NCBI GenBank assembly: GCA_964019425.1
Contig: OZ025787.1
Location: 248,001 to 312,000, forward strand
DNA from: Flectonema sp. DT1601
Taxonomy: Eukaryota
DNA length: 64,000 nucleotides
Direction of reading: 5' to 3'
Positions within the stretch are counted from its first letter, which is position 1. Each line of letters starts with the position of its first letter. The notes below the pieces were generated by a model that made no database searches, had not been told where the DNA came from, and saw nothing but the letters and a program-made list of their open reading frames with translations. This document shows, piece after piece, positions 32,514-45,287 of the stretch. A program made the translations under genes and the position numbers.

Positions 32514-34019
32514 TTAGAACATAAGAGATCTACCAACGTGATAAGTTAATTGCTGATCAATAGAAGGAGTTGGTGACTTGGTTTTCATAGCAAGTGATTG
32601 CTCTTCCTCTTCGAGCTGTCGTCTCTGACGTTTAAGTCTAATTTCTGTTTGAATTACTGTTAGCTGATCACTATCGGATTCCCTGTTCTTTGACTTCTGT
32701 CGTTCAAGTGCTGAGTTCAGAGATACAAATGAACGTTCTTCTTCTTCAATAGATGTTTGAAGCTCTCGTCGGGAAGCTGAATTACATTCAACGAACTCTT
32801 GGTGACGATCTTTCGCCCACCTGCTATGTGACAACGCCTCTTCTCTGTGGTGCTGAACGCGTTCGAGAGCTACTGCAGAGTCTTTGTGAGCTAGGTTAGC
32901 CGAATGGTGGTTTTTTTCTTTATTGGTGACTTCGGCTTGGGCTTCTTGGAGTTTTGTTGCCATCATCTCGAAGTCAGATTCTGACTTTAGAAGAAGATCC
33001 TTACTTTCTTGAAGCCTTTCTTTTGAAGCAGCAGCATCAGCTGTAGCCTTCTCAACACGACCTGTTATTGTTTCGATATCACGGAGTTGTGCGTCTAGTG
33101 CTCGTTCTAATTCTGCTTTGCGTTCTTCGGCTTTTGAGAGTTGAGTTTTATGAGATTCGATCTTGCGAGAGTCTAAGTCACACTCTCTGTCCTGATCTCT
33201 AATTACAATTTGATATTGTCTGACAGCTTCTTGAGCTCTACTATGTTTGGATAAGATATCTTGTAATTCAGACCTTGCTAAATCTGCCTCATCCTTTGCC
33301 GTCTCCATAGCTCCACGATGAACCCTTTCTTGCATTTGTGCATCCATCGCCAACTGAACAGTCTCATTCAATCGATTTGTCTTATCATTTGCTTCATGAT
33401 CTGCATTTACCTGTTCCTCATGTGTTGATTGTTCAGAAAACTTGAGTGACTCTAATTTAGTTCGGTGGGTTGATATTTTAGAAAGTGATTCCGACTCTAA
33501 CCAATACCTTTCGATACGATTTTTCATAATTTCAAATAATTTCGGATATTCACCAAACAGAATTGAGAACTCTGTTCGAGAGAGGTGGTGGTCACGATTA
33601 ATATCTGCACGACGGAACATGTCAGCGATATCAATGATGTCAATATCTTGAAGTTCACATCGAAGGAGAATACAACGGAAGTCATCGAGTGACACCATTT
33701 CTTTATTTCTTAAATCCATTTCATTAAAGATGAGATCTTCACTAGAACTATCGTTGTCGATTGAGTAGACTACTTCTAACCTCCCAACTGGCATCGGTGG
33801 AGGAAGATCTCTTGGAGGCGGCAACACTGGACTCACAACACCCTGCATCTCTTCTTTTAATAACATTACTTCTTTAGCCCTACTCAACATTGTCTCTCTG
33901 ACAGTTGAGTAAGCTGGTGCTGCAGTTGGAAGTGCTGAAGGTAATCGACACCCACATTGCCAGCAAAATGGGGCTTCTACAGTGGGGGCAGTAGCAAGAC
34001 AGGTTGGACATTTCTGCAT
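32514..34019 (-). CDS. Zn-ribbon plus EF-hand plus coiled-coil protein
   Basis: CPTC...CWQC; EF-hand loops DLRNKEMVSLDDF and DINRDHHLSRTEF; long C-terminal coiled coil. Confidence 0.85.
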   Translation of the reverse strand: MQKCPTCLATAPTVEAPFCWQCGCRLPSALPTAAPAYSTVRETMLSRAKEVMLLKEEMQGVVSPVLPPPRDLPPPMPVGRLEVVYSIDNDSSSEDLIFNEMDLRNKEMVSLDDFRCILLRCELQDIDIIDIADMFRRADINRDHHLSRTEFSILFGEYPKLFEIMKNRIERYWLESESLSKISTHRTKLESLKFSEQSTHEEQVNADHEANDKTNRLNETVQLAMDAQMQERVHRGAMETAKDEADLARSELQDILSKHSRAQEAVRQYQIVIRDQDRECDLDSRKIESHKTQLSKAEERKAELERALDAQLRDIETITGRVEKATADAAASKERLQESKDLLLKSESDFEMMATKLQEAQAEVTNKEKNHHSANLAHKDSAVALERVQHHREEALSHSRWAKDRHQEFVECNSASRRELQTSIEEEERSFVSLNSALERQKSKNRESDSDQLTVIQTEIRLKRQRRQLEEEEQSLAMKTKSPTPSIDQQLTYHVGRSLMF

Positions 34020-34740
34020 TGTGTCCTGTGTGAAAGTATTAAAGTATTAATAAAGTACTTTGCTTGCTCAAATTTATTCATATCTTAGTCATAAGTTGGA
34101 CCTGTTTAAGAAAAGAAAGTCAGCCTCTGGACTGGTCCGTATGTCCGAATATGGGATTCTGTTTCTTTTTTTCTTTTCTTCCCTTTTTTTTTTTTTTTTT
34201 TTTTAATATTCAAATTATTCTTTTTTTTTGTTTTTTTTTCGTTCCCTTCTTCTTTCTGATGTAGTGTTTCTATTCTCGTTTTTGCAGGATAACATGTTGA
34301 GAAAGAAAAGACGGAAGAGGAGAAAAAATAATAAAATTCGGTTCGGCTATTGAAGTCCAATTACGTACAGAGAGTTAGCTTATTATTTCGCAAGCATATC
34401 TTCTGATGATGTGATCTTTTGTTAGACTGTTCCTTGACCGAGGAGAAGTAGGGGCTATGGAAGAGAAAAAAAGGGGGGTTTGGTGGGGTTTTTTTTTTTT
34501 TTTTCTCCCCTTTTAGGTGATACCAATATTACATGATTCACAGGATGTGAACAACGACGACCAAAACACACTGCAGAAATCAAGGAAGGTAATATAGGAA
34601 ACCAAGACCCTTTTTTTTTTTTTTATCCCCATTCTATTGTGTTTCAAAGAGGAAAGAGGAGAACCGGAGGAAGCAACGGCGGAATATGAGAGGGAAGGGT
34701 GTAAATATAAGAAAAATGTGTAAATATATTTTCGGAGAAG

Positions 34741-34771
<31 letters not shown>

Positions 34772-35351
34772 AAAAGAAAAGAAAATTATCTCCTTTTTTA
34801 ATCTTTTCCTTCTTTTTTTTTTTCCCCGAAGGGCGACTGCTCGTGCAAATCAAACATAGATGTAATACAAATGAGTTAGGTATACTACCCCAAAGGGAGG
34901 TACTGTTAGATGCAATTACCACCTTGACTTTCCTCAAGCTGGAAATCAAACAAGCATGCCACAGAATAAAGCTGGGAAAGGGGGAAAAAAAAAAAAAAAA
35001 AAATATTGGTATTTTCTTTATCTAAGAAAACAGACTAAATAATCTGCCCTACCTATTTGTATAAATTTGTATAAATTCCTTCAAAAACTTTTTTTTTTTT
35101 TTTTTAATTTTTTATTTATAAAAATAATAATGTGAACTTGTATCATAGACACAATTTAAACTTTTTGCGTACGAAACGGATGACGCACGCTTATAATATA
35201 TACTTTAGAGAAACGTTTCTTGTTCAATAGCAAACTGCATTGATCGAAACCCTGACATGCGGGTATGCATTTTACAAGAAATATTGACAATAAAAGGAAA
35301 TGTATAAAAAAATTATAAAAAAATCGAAAGTGACCAACACGAATATGCGAA

Positions 35352-35391
<40 letters not shown>

Positions 35392-37055
35392 GAGTAATTT
35401 AGAGTAATTTTCTTAACCTTTCTCACACCAGGGAAGTTGAGCTAAAGTCCTGTGTGCTTCAACGTCTTCCAAAAAAACCCTTATTTTTTTTTTTTTTTTT
35501 CTCCCCCCCCAATCTTTTATTTTTAGGGGAAACAAAAAAAAAATAATAATAATAATAAAAAAGTACAATATATAACAGCAGCAACAAAAAGAGAAAAAGC
35601 AGAAACCCACAAGCAACTGTAAAGATGCGCTGTGCACACGGCGGGCAAGCCGAAAGGGATGTGTAGACGAGTCATTAACAACTTCAAGTCAAATAATTTC
35701 TTGTTTCGTTCCATGCTGGCGGGAAGGTAAATATTATATTGAGGGGAGAAAGAGAGAACCTTAACCTGGCAAGCCATCGATGAAGAAGCAAGAAGTGTGA
35801 GAATTTCTTTCCTGCAAAATATTATTTGATATGGAGGGATAGATAAAGTAATAGAGAGAAAAGAGGGCTCGCAAAAAGAAAAATACATCTTTTTCAGGAA
35901 GCTAAGGATGAACTAAAGAGCCTCCCTACGCATAATAAAACCTCTCTTTCTTTCGTCACGGCGGTGACGTGTGCAGCACTTTCATTAGGACAAGGGAATC
36001 AAGGCGCCAAATATATTTTAAAAAAAATAAAAAAAAACATTCATACTTAATATTTGACTACATTGATAAATAAAAGGAAAAGAAATAAAACAAATTAAAA
36101 AAAAAACAGAAAGCATATGGGAAAAGGGTAAATAGGAGAGTTGTGTAAACTATAGCTTTTTTGTTTTTTTGTTTTGATCACAAAGCGAAGAAAGATCTTG
36201 CTACTGCTTTTTTGTGACCGTTTTCTTTATTCAACCTTTTTTCTTTTCAATACAAAGCAATGTATAAAAGGTGGTGTATTACCGTAAGTTTCACGATATC
36301 TTTTTTTTTCTTTTTTTACACTCGCCTCATAATAAACAGGATTTTTTGTGTGCTTGTTAAAAACACCTGATCCTGAAGATCTAAGTGGTAAATGACCACT
36401 CCTCCTTGGTTCTCTATTTTCAAGATGGGGCCAGAAAATCTGATTTTTTTCTCGGCGTCCAAACAAACAAAAGAATGATTTTTTAGATCACACAAGAAGA
36501 AATGAATTTTTTCAAAAGTTTTATGTTGTTGGTGATACTAGAGGTTTCTATTCTTTTTTTTTTTTTTTTTTTTACATGGGGCTTATAAAGATGCTTTTGA
36601 GGGGAAAAAAACGAGGTTGGGGGCTCAACTGCATCTTTTTTTTTTTTTTTTTCTTTAAAAGCCGTTCGAGTTTCTTTCTCGTCCATTTCCCGTCACTCAG
36701 ATCCGTTGATATAATATTTTAATCAAACATAAGGGCATCTGGCCTTCTTGCATCTGAAAAAAACAAGAATAAATATACCAGTTGCCCTTTTTTTTCTTTA
36801 CACCTTGCGATAACAACAATAGAAGAGAGCAAGCAGCCGAGGCAAACAAGGCGAGAGAGAGCACAATAGTAATGAATGGGAATGAATAATAAAATGGGGG
36901 GAGGCGAAAACAGAATTTTTGAAGGAAGTTATAAAAGTCCTTCGGAAACTGACTTTGTGAACAACTCATCGTTGCTCCAATCGACCTGTTGTCCGATTGC
37001 CGCAATGAAACTATACAGAGTCCTTAATAAAGCTGTATCTTACCCTTAATAATTT

Positions 37056-37165
37056 GGTTTCGAGAGTAATCCATATACTTTTTTTTTTTTACCTTTACTC
37101 CCATCATCATTATTGTTTAGAAGTCAGTCAGTCAATTGCAAGACTGAATTACCTCAGTCAGCAAA
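37056..37165 (-). repeat. Degenerate copy of the hammerhead-containing small element at 47711-47983
   Basis: Exact 23-mer ggtttcgagagtaatccatatac shared with 47841-47863; similarity continues through catcatca..tagaagtca..gactgaa..ag. Confidence 0.8.
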
Positions 37166-37954
37166 TTTTGAGTGTAGCAATTTTTTTTTTTTTTTTTTTT
37201 TGTCGTAATAATAAAGTCTTCCACTTACCGATATCAGTAGAAACAAGGATCGGGCTTTGAGAAAGAAAAAAAGAATTGGCTTTAGCTTCAACTATACAGA
37301 AAATAATAATATAACAACTGTAATTTTTTTTGTTTGTGCACGAAACCGTGAACCGACTTAAACTGATAAAGCTAAAGGAGGTTTACGTGTGCTGCCAACA
37401 TTCTTACAATACTTGTTAAATGCAAAAAAAAAAGTAAATTAAAGAAAAGAAGAAAAAAAAAGCGCATTCTCCCTTCGCAACAAAGTAATGAAACGAGCCA
37501 AAGCTAGATGTAGGCAGAGAAATCGCTTATAAATAGAAACCACTATTCACAACAAACTTAATAGTATAACGAATACCCTCGTGTAAGAGGTTTGTTTGTT
37601 TGTTTTTTTTTTTTTTTTTTTTAAATAAACAATTAGTTCCCAGTCGGCTCAATAAAGATACAAGTAATAAAGGAATAAGAAAATTAAATAAAAAAAAGAG
37701 AGAGATATTTTTTTAATATTTTTTTTAAAAAAAAGGGATGGGGAAGGGAAACGCAATAATCTCATCGAAATTAAACCTCACAGAGATCAGCTACCTGCAG
37801 CATTTGAACATTTTTATTATTGAGTTAGAAAGTTTTTAGTCTTTATAATGTTGTTGTTCGGTGATAACCGTGGGAACTTCTCACATTTTTTTTTTTTTTT
37901 TCTCCACACAATTCTTATTCACGGCGCAAATGGAGGGGAAAACAAAAAGAAATT

Positions 37955-37986
<32 letters not shown>

Positions 37987-38595
37987 CACTATTGCACTCT
38001 ATCTTCTGCCTCACCTTCAGTAAGAATGACTTGTCTAACGTGCTTCTTTGTTGTTATTTTAACCTAAAACACAACTGAGCACCTTGCCTTGATCGAGAGA
38101 AAATGATCGTTCCTTGAGGGGAATTCCTTTACAAGCCTCAAACAAAGTTGGCCGCTGCTTCAGTAAGAGAGAATAGCGGGCCTTTAATTCTATTCTGGGA
38201 ATATAAAAAATAATATCGGCTCGTAAAGGAAATCTCTTCAGTTGAGCAGACAGGCCTCAGTGAGGATCCAACATGTAAAATACGTCGGGGGATATCATTG
38301 TTTTCAAAGCAGGGGGGAAATACGGATGATTATTTGAGATTTTATTTTTCTTTTGTTGGGGAAAAAAAAAAAGCCGGGGAGGGGATATAACAGTTTGAGC
38401 ATATTTATAATGATATAAATTTATGTATTGCTGAACAATAATAATTCATGGGGACAGAGAAAGCGGGGAGTTTGTATTTAACAATGGTGCAGAGATCAAG
38501 GTTTGTTTTTTTTTTTTTACTCTGATACTTTTTTTTTTTTAAAAAATGGTGGGAGAATTTTTTTTTTTTTTTTTTTTTTTTCCATCAACGAGAGA

Positions 38596-40083
38596 TTATG
38601 ATAAAATAGCCTGCAATTCACTTTCTATATCATTCTCGGAGAGCGATCCCCTCGGAAGGTTCACATTTAAAATCTCACCTTGCTTTACCTTACAAACAAC
38701 TGGTGGCTTTGTAGCCCTAGCACCAGGCAAGATGTTAGGTGAAAATAAAATAGGAGTGTCGGGAGGTGAATCCATCGTAATTGTTGAATCCTCAGCAGGC
38801 GATGAAAGCCCCTGACTAGATTCAGACATAGGGAAAATAACTTCACTAGACTTCAGTGGCTTTGGAATCATAGGGATATACTCATCACTTGGTTCACTTA
38901 AAACGTCTTGTTGAATAGCCCTTAGAATACCCGCAGCACGTCCTTTTGGAGAGTTTTGTTCTGTGCATGTAAAAGTAGTTGCTAAATTATGTAACAAAGA
39001 CTTTGGAGAAGGGAGAGATAAACTTTTCTTTCTTTCTTCCTCATCGTCGAGTAGCGGTGGTGGGGGTGAATGATTTGGGTCGATGTGCTCTCTTATCTCT
39101 TGAGAGATAGCTTCTTCAACTTCAATTTCTTTTTCTATATCTCTGATTGCGTTTTCTGCTATGTCTAAGTGAGACATATCTACATAAGCATATATGGTTA
39201 CTGTTTGACTATTAACTTCTTCACCACGAGGTGCTGGTTCAACGAACAATGAACCTTGCTCTCTTGGCAGTATCATGCGACGGTTTTTTATGATTGCATT
39301 AGCAGCAGCTGTTGAGACTTGAATTATCCGTTTTGAAACACCACTCTGAGTCTGCATTGACAGTAGGTACTGAATCGCTGAGTCAACGACATGAGCAGGT
39401 CCATAGACGTCAATGCATTCATCAACAGGTCTGCTGATAACAAATGCACCTGTTGTGTCTGTTAGCTGTTTCACGCTGTTTATTACTTCAAAACATCTTC
39501 TTCTGGAAGATTTAACAGTTCGCTTGTTCTCAACAAATAATTTATCAAAAATCGCATTCGTGTACACGGGATCGAACTTGCCAACAATTTTCGCCTCAAT
39601 ATTCATATCCGAGAGTCCCTTGTAACGACTGTCACCTCTGATGAGACGCTTTCTTGAGAGCTCAACAAGACCTGGAGGAACATTAATTACTAATTCAGCT
39701 AAGGGTCCGAGTTGTTGTTCAACCCAGGCTTTGTGTTTGTGAAGGAGTCTTGGTGGAAGGGCGTGTCTGAAGTTCTTTTCTTCGAGGGTTTCATTTGGGT
39801 TTGTTGCAGGAGGAACGTACTTGTCTAACCTGACGATCATCGTCTTTTCAGGTTCTTGAAAAACCATATTGGAAATATAAGTTGGACTTAAACACCTCGT
39901 TGTCGGACTCATGATTGGAGACCCTAACTGCACTGAAGCTATTGGACTTAGAGGAGCTAGTTGAGGACTAACACAAACCTGAGCATATCCCAGTCCTCCA
40001 GTCGGGCTCATCGGGGACAACACTGGTGAGCTTACCATCACTGGTCCCGCAAGAGTTGGTGATAATACACGAGCTTGCTCCAT
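38596..40083 (-). CDS. Hypothetical protein with SP-rich termini and probable degenerate KH-like RNA-binding domains
   Basis: 495-aa ORF; IDVYGPAHVVDSAIQYL and IIQVSTAAANAII resemble KH segments. Confidence 0.7.
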   Translation of the reverse strand: MEQARVLSPTLAGPVMVSSPVLSPMSPTGGLGYAQVCVSPQLAPLSPIASVQLGSPIMSPTTRCLSPTYISNMVFQEPEKTMIVRLDKYVPPATNPNETLEEKNFRHALPPRLLHKHKAWVEQQLGPLAELVINVPPGLVELSRKRLIRGDSRYKGLSDMNIEAKIVGKFDPVYTNAIFDKLFVENKRTVKSSRRRCFEVINSVKQLTDTTGAFVISRPVDECIDVYGPAHVVDSAIQYLLSMQTQSGVSKRIIQVSTAAANAIIKNRRMILPREQGSLFVEPAPRGEEVNSQTVTIYAYVDMSHLDIAENAIRDIEKEIEVEEAISQEIREHIDPNHSPPPPLLDDEEERKKSLSLPSPKSLLHNLATTFTCTEQNSPKGRAAGILRAIQQDVLSEPSDEYIPMIPKPLKSSEVIFPMSESSQGLSSPAEDSTITMDSPPDTPILFSPNILPGARATKPPVVCKVKQGEILNVNLPRGSLSENDIESELQAILS

Positions 40084-41165
40084 CGGTTGGTGTTACTTGT
40101 AGTGTGTTTAAATAATTCTGTTTTTTAGGGGAAATAATTAATTTTTTTAATAAAGAAAAAAAGACAGTAGTCCACTAAAACAACTCATCGGTAGTATCTG
40201 TGAAAAGTAATAATTAACAACACCTTCAATACGTTGTGACATATGTAACTGAATCGAAGCCAAGAAATCTTTCCTCTTCTTTTTTTTTGTTTTCTATTCT
40301 TTTTTTTTTTTTTTTTTTTAACCCTCTTTTATTCCCCACTCCTTCCCCTTCTATGCTCTGTCATAATCTCGTGATCGGTGAAAGAAAAAAAAAAGAAAAA
40401 AAAGAAATGCTAAGTTCGTGCAGACAAGTCTTCTTCAAACATCTCTTAGGTAGTTTGATTACTTGAAAAGAAAACCGTCGTCTTAAGAGAGCTTATAGTC
40501 TATCATGTAAGCCATAATTGGACATCAGTGAAGCGATACGGTGACTGCCGTTGATAAGTTAACTAAAAAAGCAACTTCTTATTTGGGTTGAAATTGTTAC
40601 AAAAGATAATGCTTTTCACGTAATCGAGAAGCAGCAAACTAAGTGATAGAAAATTACGAAAAGAACAACCGCAACTGCAAAAGGAAAGGAGCAGAAAAAT
40701 AAAAAAGAATCGAAACACTACTATTCCTTTTTTTTTTTTTTTTTTTTTTTTGTCTGCTTTTTTTTTAATTTGTCTTTTGAGAGCATATACTGACCATGAA
40801 CTTCATTTCTGTTTCTTGGGGAGGTGGGAAAGAAAATAATAATTTTAAAAAAAGAAAAAGGGGGGAAATTTAAAAAAAAAAAAAAAGGGGGGAAAAGAAA
40901 ATTCTTAAAAAAAATTAAAAATAAAACGACTTTACTCTCTTGATAAGATGATTGGGGGGCGCGAACAAAAAAGCAGCTGGGAGGGACTACACTTAGCAGC
41001 AGTCGTCGACGGTAGTAACGCCGCCATCACTAAGAACTTGACCGAGTGGCACTTCAAAAATAATTAAGCGAAGTGCTGCAGCCATATAATTGGCGCAAGG
41101 CATTTTAGACAAGTAAGGAGGCAGCAGGATACTATCCTATAAGATAAGTGAGGTGGATGCCTGTT

Positions 41166-42251
41166 TTATGCAGCAAATTCATCAGGCTTTCCTGGAGAAT
41201 CGTAGTAATCAGCATCAAAGTGATGAAGTCTGATAAAACCATCCTCTCCACCGGATGCGAAACCGTTACCGTTTGGCTCTGCTGCGAGAGAGTTGACTGG
41301 TCCGAAATGACCTCCAATTCCTCCCAACTCATCACCGAATACTTTGTGGTAGAACTTCATTTCGAATTTGTTTTGATGAGCACCAGTGTTGGTGACAGAC
41401 TGAGCATCGATACCTCCTCCAATGATAACGTGGTTCATAACAGAATTATTAACTATGCATGCTTCGTTTACGTTAAATGTGTTACCATAAGTCTGAATAA
41501 CAGAACAATCTCTGGCATCTAAAAGCTTTGCAGTCTTATCCCATCCAGCGGAAACTAACATGCTGTACTCTGAGTCCCATGTTAATCTTCTGCACTGCAC
41601 TCCATCGTGAGCAAAACTACATGCTTTTTCTTTACCAGTTTCGACATCCCAGATTACAACTGCTCCATCTTCACAACAGAAGTAAATTGAGTCATTACTT
41701 GGACCCCACACTGCGTGGTTAATCTTTTCTGGGTTCTCGTAACTACGGGAAGGGTGATATTCACATTTATTAGCTGCGATATCATCTTTCTCTGGTATAT
41801 TAAAGATGTTAATGGCTGGAGTGTTACCCATCGACTGTGTTATTTATTTTATTCATATTTAGACAATCGAGGTGATTGATTTCAATATAAATTATGAAGT
41901 AATACAAACCTTGTCAGTGACGGCGAGAAGCATACGATCACCATGAGCCCATGATACGGCTCTGGAAGCGTTTGGATGAGTAATTTTTGCTACTTCAACA
42001 CCGGTCTCGACTTCCCAAATTCTGGTGGAAGAATCAGCTCCAGCGGTGGCGAGCAGAGTAGATGACGCATTTACGTCTAATCCCCACACAGCACCAGTGT
42101 GACCCTCGTAGGTCCCTAATCGTGTTCCGTCTAAGGAGCTCCATACAGATGGTAACGTATCCTTGGAAGTCGAGAAAATCAAATCACCTTCTCTGTTGTA
42201 CTTAACCTGAGTAACAGGTCTTGTATGTCCGTGAAGTGCGAGTGGTCTCAT
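41166..42251 (-). CDS. EIF3I: Translation initiation factor 3 subunit I (WD40); exons 41910-42251 and 41166-41834
   Basis: MRPLALHGHTRPVTQVKYNREGDLIFS...GHFGPVNSLA..SGGEDGFIRLHHFDADY; a 75-nt GT-AG intron at 41835-41909 joins TDK|SMG in frame. Confidence 0.96.
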
Positions 42252-42343
42252 TTTATGTGTTGGGAGATGAGTGGTAAGACCTGAGAAGAAAAAAATAAAT
42301 AAACAACAAACACCAACAAAACAATACAGTAATCTACCGTTGA

Positions 42344-43246
42344 TCACATAGCCGTTGGTGGTGTGACAGTCTCATCAAGACCTAACGACTGCATTTCAAT
42401 TTCTTCAACGTAAGGATCGATGAAAGCAGTGGTTCTTGAGATTGGAATATCACTCCAATAGGACGAGTTTAGAATATGTTCAGCAGTTGGTCGGTTAAGT
42501 GGATCAAACACCAGGAGATCTTTTAATAAAGAAACAACAACCGGATCATTTGACGGTGTTTTAGGAAGCTCCTCACTATTATTTTTTTCAGAAAAGAAAT
42601 CAAAAGTTCCATGAAGAGACCAAGGAGGGCTACCTGTCAACATTTCCCAAAGAAGGATGCCAACACTCCAAATATCAACACCAAAGCCATCATTTGCATC
42701 ATCCCTAAACAATTCTGGTGCCATTGCGTGGTATGCCCCACACGAAATTGATTTATTTTCAGTATCTACTTCAGTACAAAATCCCATATCAATTATACAC
42801 ACAGACCCTTGTTTTGTAAGAACAACATTATTAGCCTTCAAGTCTCTGAATGCCAACCCCTTTGAGTGAATTTGTGCTATTATTGACAATACTTGTTTTG
42901 TTATAAATATCGCTAAGGGAGTTTCAATTTTTCCATATTCAATAAATAATTTTTCGACTGTACATCCACTTACAAATCTCTTTAGTAGATACAGTCTCTT
43001 ATCGTCTTTGAAACTTTTTATTAAAGGAGGAATGCCTTCAATAGAATTACAAATTGTTAATGCTTTCTTTTCGTTTAGTAAATTAGCTCCTGCGACGCTG
43101 TCTAAGTCGACTCCTTTTAAAGCGTAGAGCTGTTCTTCGATTAAGCATCCCCATATTGTTGAATTAGTTTGTTTTGAAACTATGGTATCCATTGGGATAT
43201 CATTTAGTGTAACGTTGTCTAAGGTTGTGAGTACCTTGCTGTCCAT
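42344..43246 (-). CDS. Ser/Thr protein kinase (AGC-like, divergent Gly loop)
   Basis: YALK, FRDLKANN, DMG, CGAYHAMAPE, DIWSVG. Confidence 0.9.
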   Translation of the reverse strand: MDSKVLTTLDNVTLNDIPMDTIVSKQTNSTIWGCLIEEQLYALKGVDLDSVAGANLLNEKKALTICNSIEGIPPLIKSFKDDKRLYLLKRFVSGCTVEKLFIEYGKIETPLAIFITKQVLSIIAQIHSKGLAFRDLKANNVVLTKQGSVCIIDMGFCTEVDTENKSISCGAYHAMAPELFRDDANDGFGVDIWSVGILLWEMLTGSPPWSLHGTFDFFSEKNNSEELPKTPSNDPVVVSLLKDLLVFDPLNRPTAEHILNSSYWSDIPISRTTAFIDPYVEEIEMQSLGLDETVTPPTAM

Positions 43247-43331
43247 TTTTTAAGATGGTTTTAATTGACGCTACGATAAAAAATATATATAAAGGAAATG
43301 ATAATAAAACTTATACAGTGCATAAGTAATT

Positions 43332-43820
43332 CTAACTGTCAGTCAAAACTGACGGTCCTTTAATCAAATCGATTTCAGATGCTCTGCAAAATCGCTGTAT
43401 TAGTAACAGACCTGTAAAGGTTTGCTCACAACCATTTGATAATTCATTAATGGTTTCTTGAGAAAGCGACGCAAGTTGTTTTTTTGATGTACAGCTCCCA
43501 TGTTCTTGCATATTCATCAAGACAGGAATAGTGGCTTCCATTGCCTGACGCTGTTCATCAGTTATTGTATCATCAGATTTGCTAAAAGTAAGAATGGATT
43601 TAACAAATTGAAATAATTTTTTCTCTTCGCTTCCCCATTCGTCTTGTCCCCGTTTCCACATCTCTATTCTAACTCTCTTTTCCCTTTCATCGTATTCATC
43701 AGTTTGTTTGTTGGTGTCGTTGGGTTCTTGTCCGATTCGCTTCCTTTTCCATACCACATAAATTCCACATATACCACATAAAGCTACAGTTGAAACCGTT
43801 ATGAGTAGTGTTCCTTCCAT
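43332..43820 (-). CDS. Small protein with an N-terminal membrane anchor
   Basis: Hydrophobic N-terminus followed by KRKR; 162 aa. Confidence 0.65.
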   Translation of the reverse strand: MEGTLLITVSTVALCGICGIYVVWKRKRIGQEPNDTNKQTDEYDEREKRVRIEMWKRGQDEWGSEEKKLFQFVKSILTFSKSDDTITDEQRQAMEATIPVLMNMQEHGSCTSKKQLASLSQETINELSNGCEQTFTGLLLIQRFCRASEIDLIKGPSVLTDS

Positions 43821-44163
43821 TTGTTGTCTATTTCATATTAACTTCAGTGTTTTATAGGTTTTTGTGATGAGATTCAAATACAAACAACAAAAAAAAAAAA
43901 AAAAAAAAAAAAAATTATAGTGATTCTTGTGTATTCTTAGCAAAACATACAACAGATATAAGATACCAGAAACAGATTACTACAGTGTGTCAGTTTTACT
44001 TTTTTTTTTTTTTTTTTTTTTTTAAAAATACTACTTTAGTGACGAAAAGGAAATAAAATATGTGACTGAACTGCTGAAATGTGACTAATATTCCTTTAGT
44101 ACAAAAATACAAGTTTCCTACCTTATCATGAGAGAGCTTACTAGATACGAATGATGCTCTTAT

Positions 44164-45029
44164 CTAACTAACTTCTTGTGACTCGGGTGGATCTGGTACT
44201 TCAAAGGATCCAGAAGTAGCGTATAATATACTTAGCAGTGCTGGTTTTGTTATCGCCTGCACACTCTCATCTAGGCAAAGAACTTCGATCTCGCGAAGCT
44301 TATCGTAATAGAAATCTCGTTCAGCCTGGTTTTGAGTTTCATTAAATGTCATGTTGTTGAATAAAAAAACATAACTAAGATACACACCTCTAAAGTAGAA
44401 GCAATTTGTTGTAATTTTGACAACTCAGAGTTTGAATCCGACTTGTCTTTTAATTCGTCACAACGGACTTTGTCTTTTTCTTTATCAGTCAACACAGTGG
44501 GAGTTGGGATTTCTTTTTCCGCAAAGGTAGTGGAAGTTGGATTGCTGGGTTTTGTGCGAAGACCTGCAGAGTGCTTCGAACGTATCGCACGCTGTCCTCT
44601 CATTCTTTTTTGCTGCTGAATTGCTGCTTCTCGCACAGCAACCGCATCGTAGTTGACAGGACCTTTTGGCATTCTGGCATCGCAGAAGCGTTTCATCCAC
44701 TGCAGGAATTCTAAGTTGTCCTGATATTTACCTTTTACTAGCCGCTCTATTTCGATTACTTTTTTTATCCCGTTTGAAGTGAAGGCTCCCTGAAGTACTT
44801 TAAAATTTATGATGTATTCGTGTTCTAGTTTGGCTTCAAAATTAGCTTTCTGAAGAGAGACTTTACCAGGGAACATAGCATCAAGCAACTGTAGGTGGGC
44901 TAACCCGCTACAGCATTGTTCTACTTTACTGTAACTAAGTGATAGGACTGTGTTCAACCACTCCAGTAGTTCCGTTCGTGAAACAAAGTACGCGCCGTCC
45001 ATCATCCCAAACGCTTCTGCGTTACTCAT
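44164..45029 (-). CDS. EB1: Microtubule end-binding protein EB1 (CH plus EBH domains); exons 44388-45029 and 44164-44325
   Basis: FVSRTELLEWLN, KGKYQDNLEFLQW; a 62-nt GT-AG intron at 44326-44387 gives LE|AERDFYYDKLREIE. Confidence 0.95.
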
Positions 45030-45287
45030 CGTGTAGGAAGCCCTTTTGTGAGAGAAATAAATTTTGAAAGACAAGAAATGAATAGGATTACACTAACACA
45101 GTACCCTCACAGATACTCAAAAAAAAAAAATAATAATGAGAAGAAAAGAAAAAAGAAGAAGACAAAAGGAACACAATACAGCCTGACTTTACTCAATAAG
45201 ACTAAAGTAAATACTAATTTAAAAAAGAAAAAGAAGGAACAAAACATAAATCTATTTGGTCTGTTCTTTCATTCAGAGAAGACCTCA

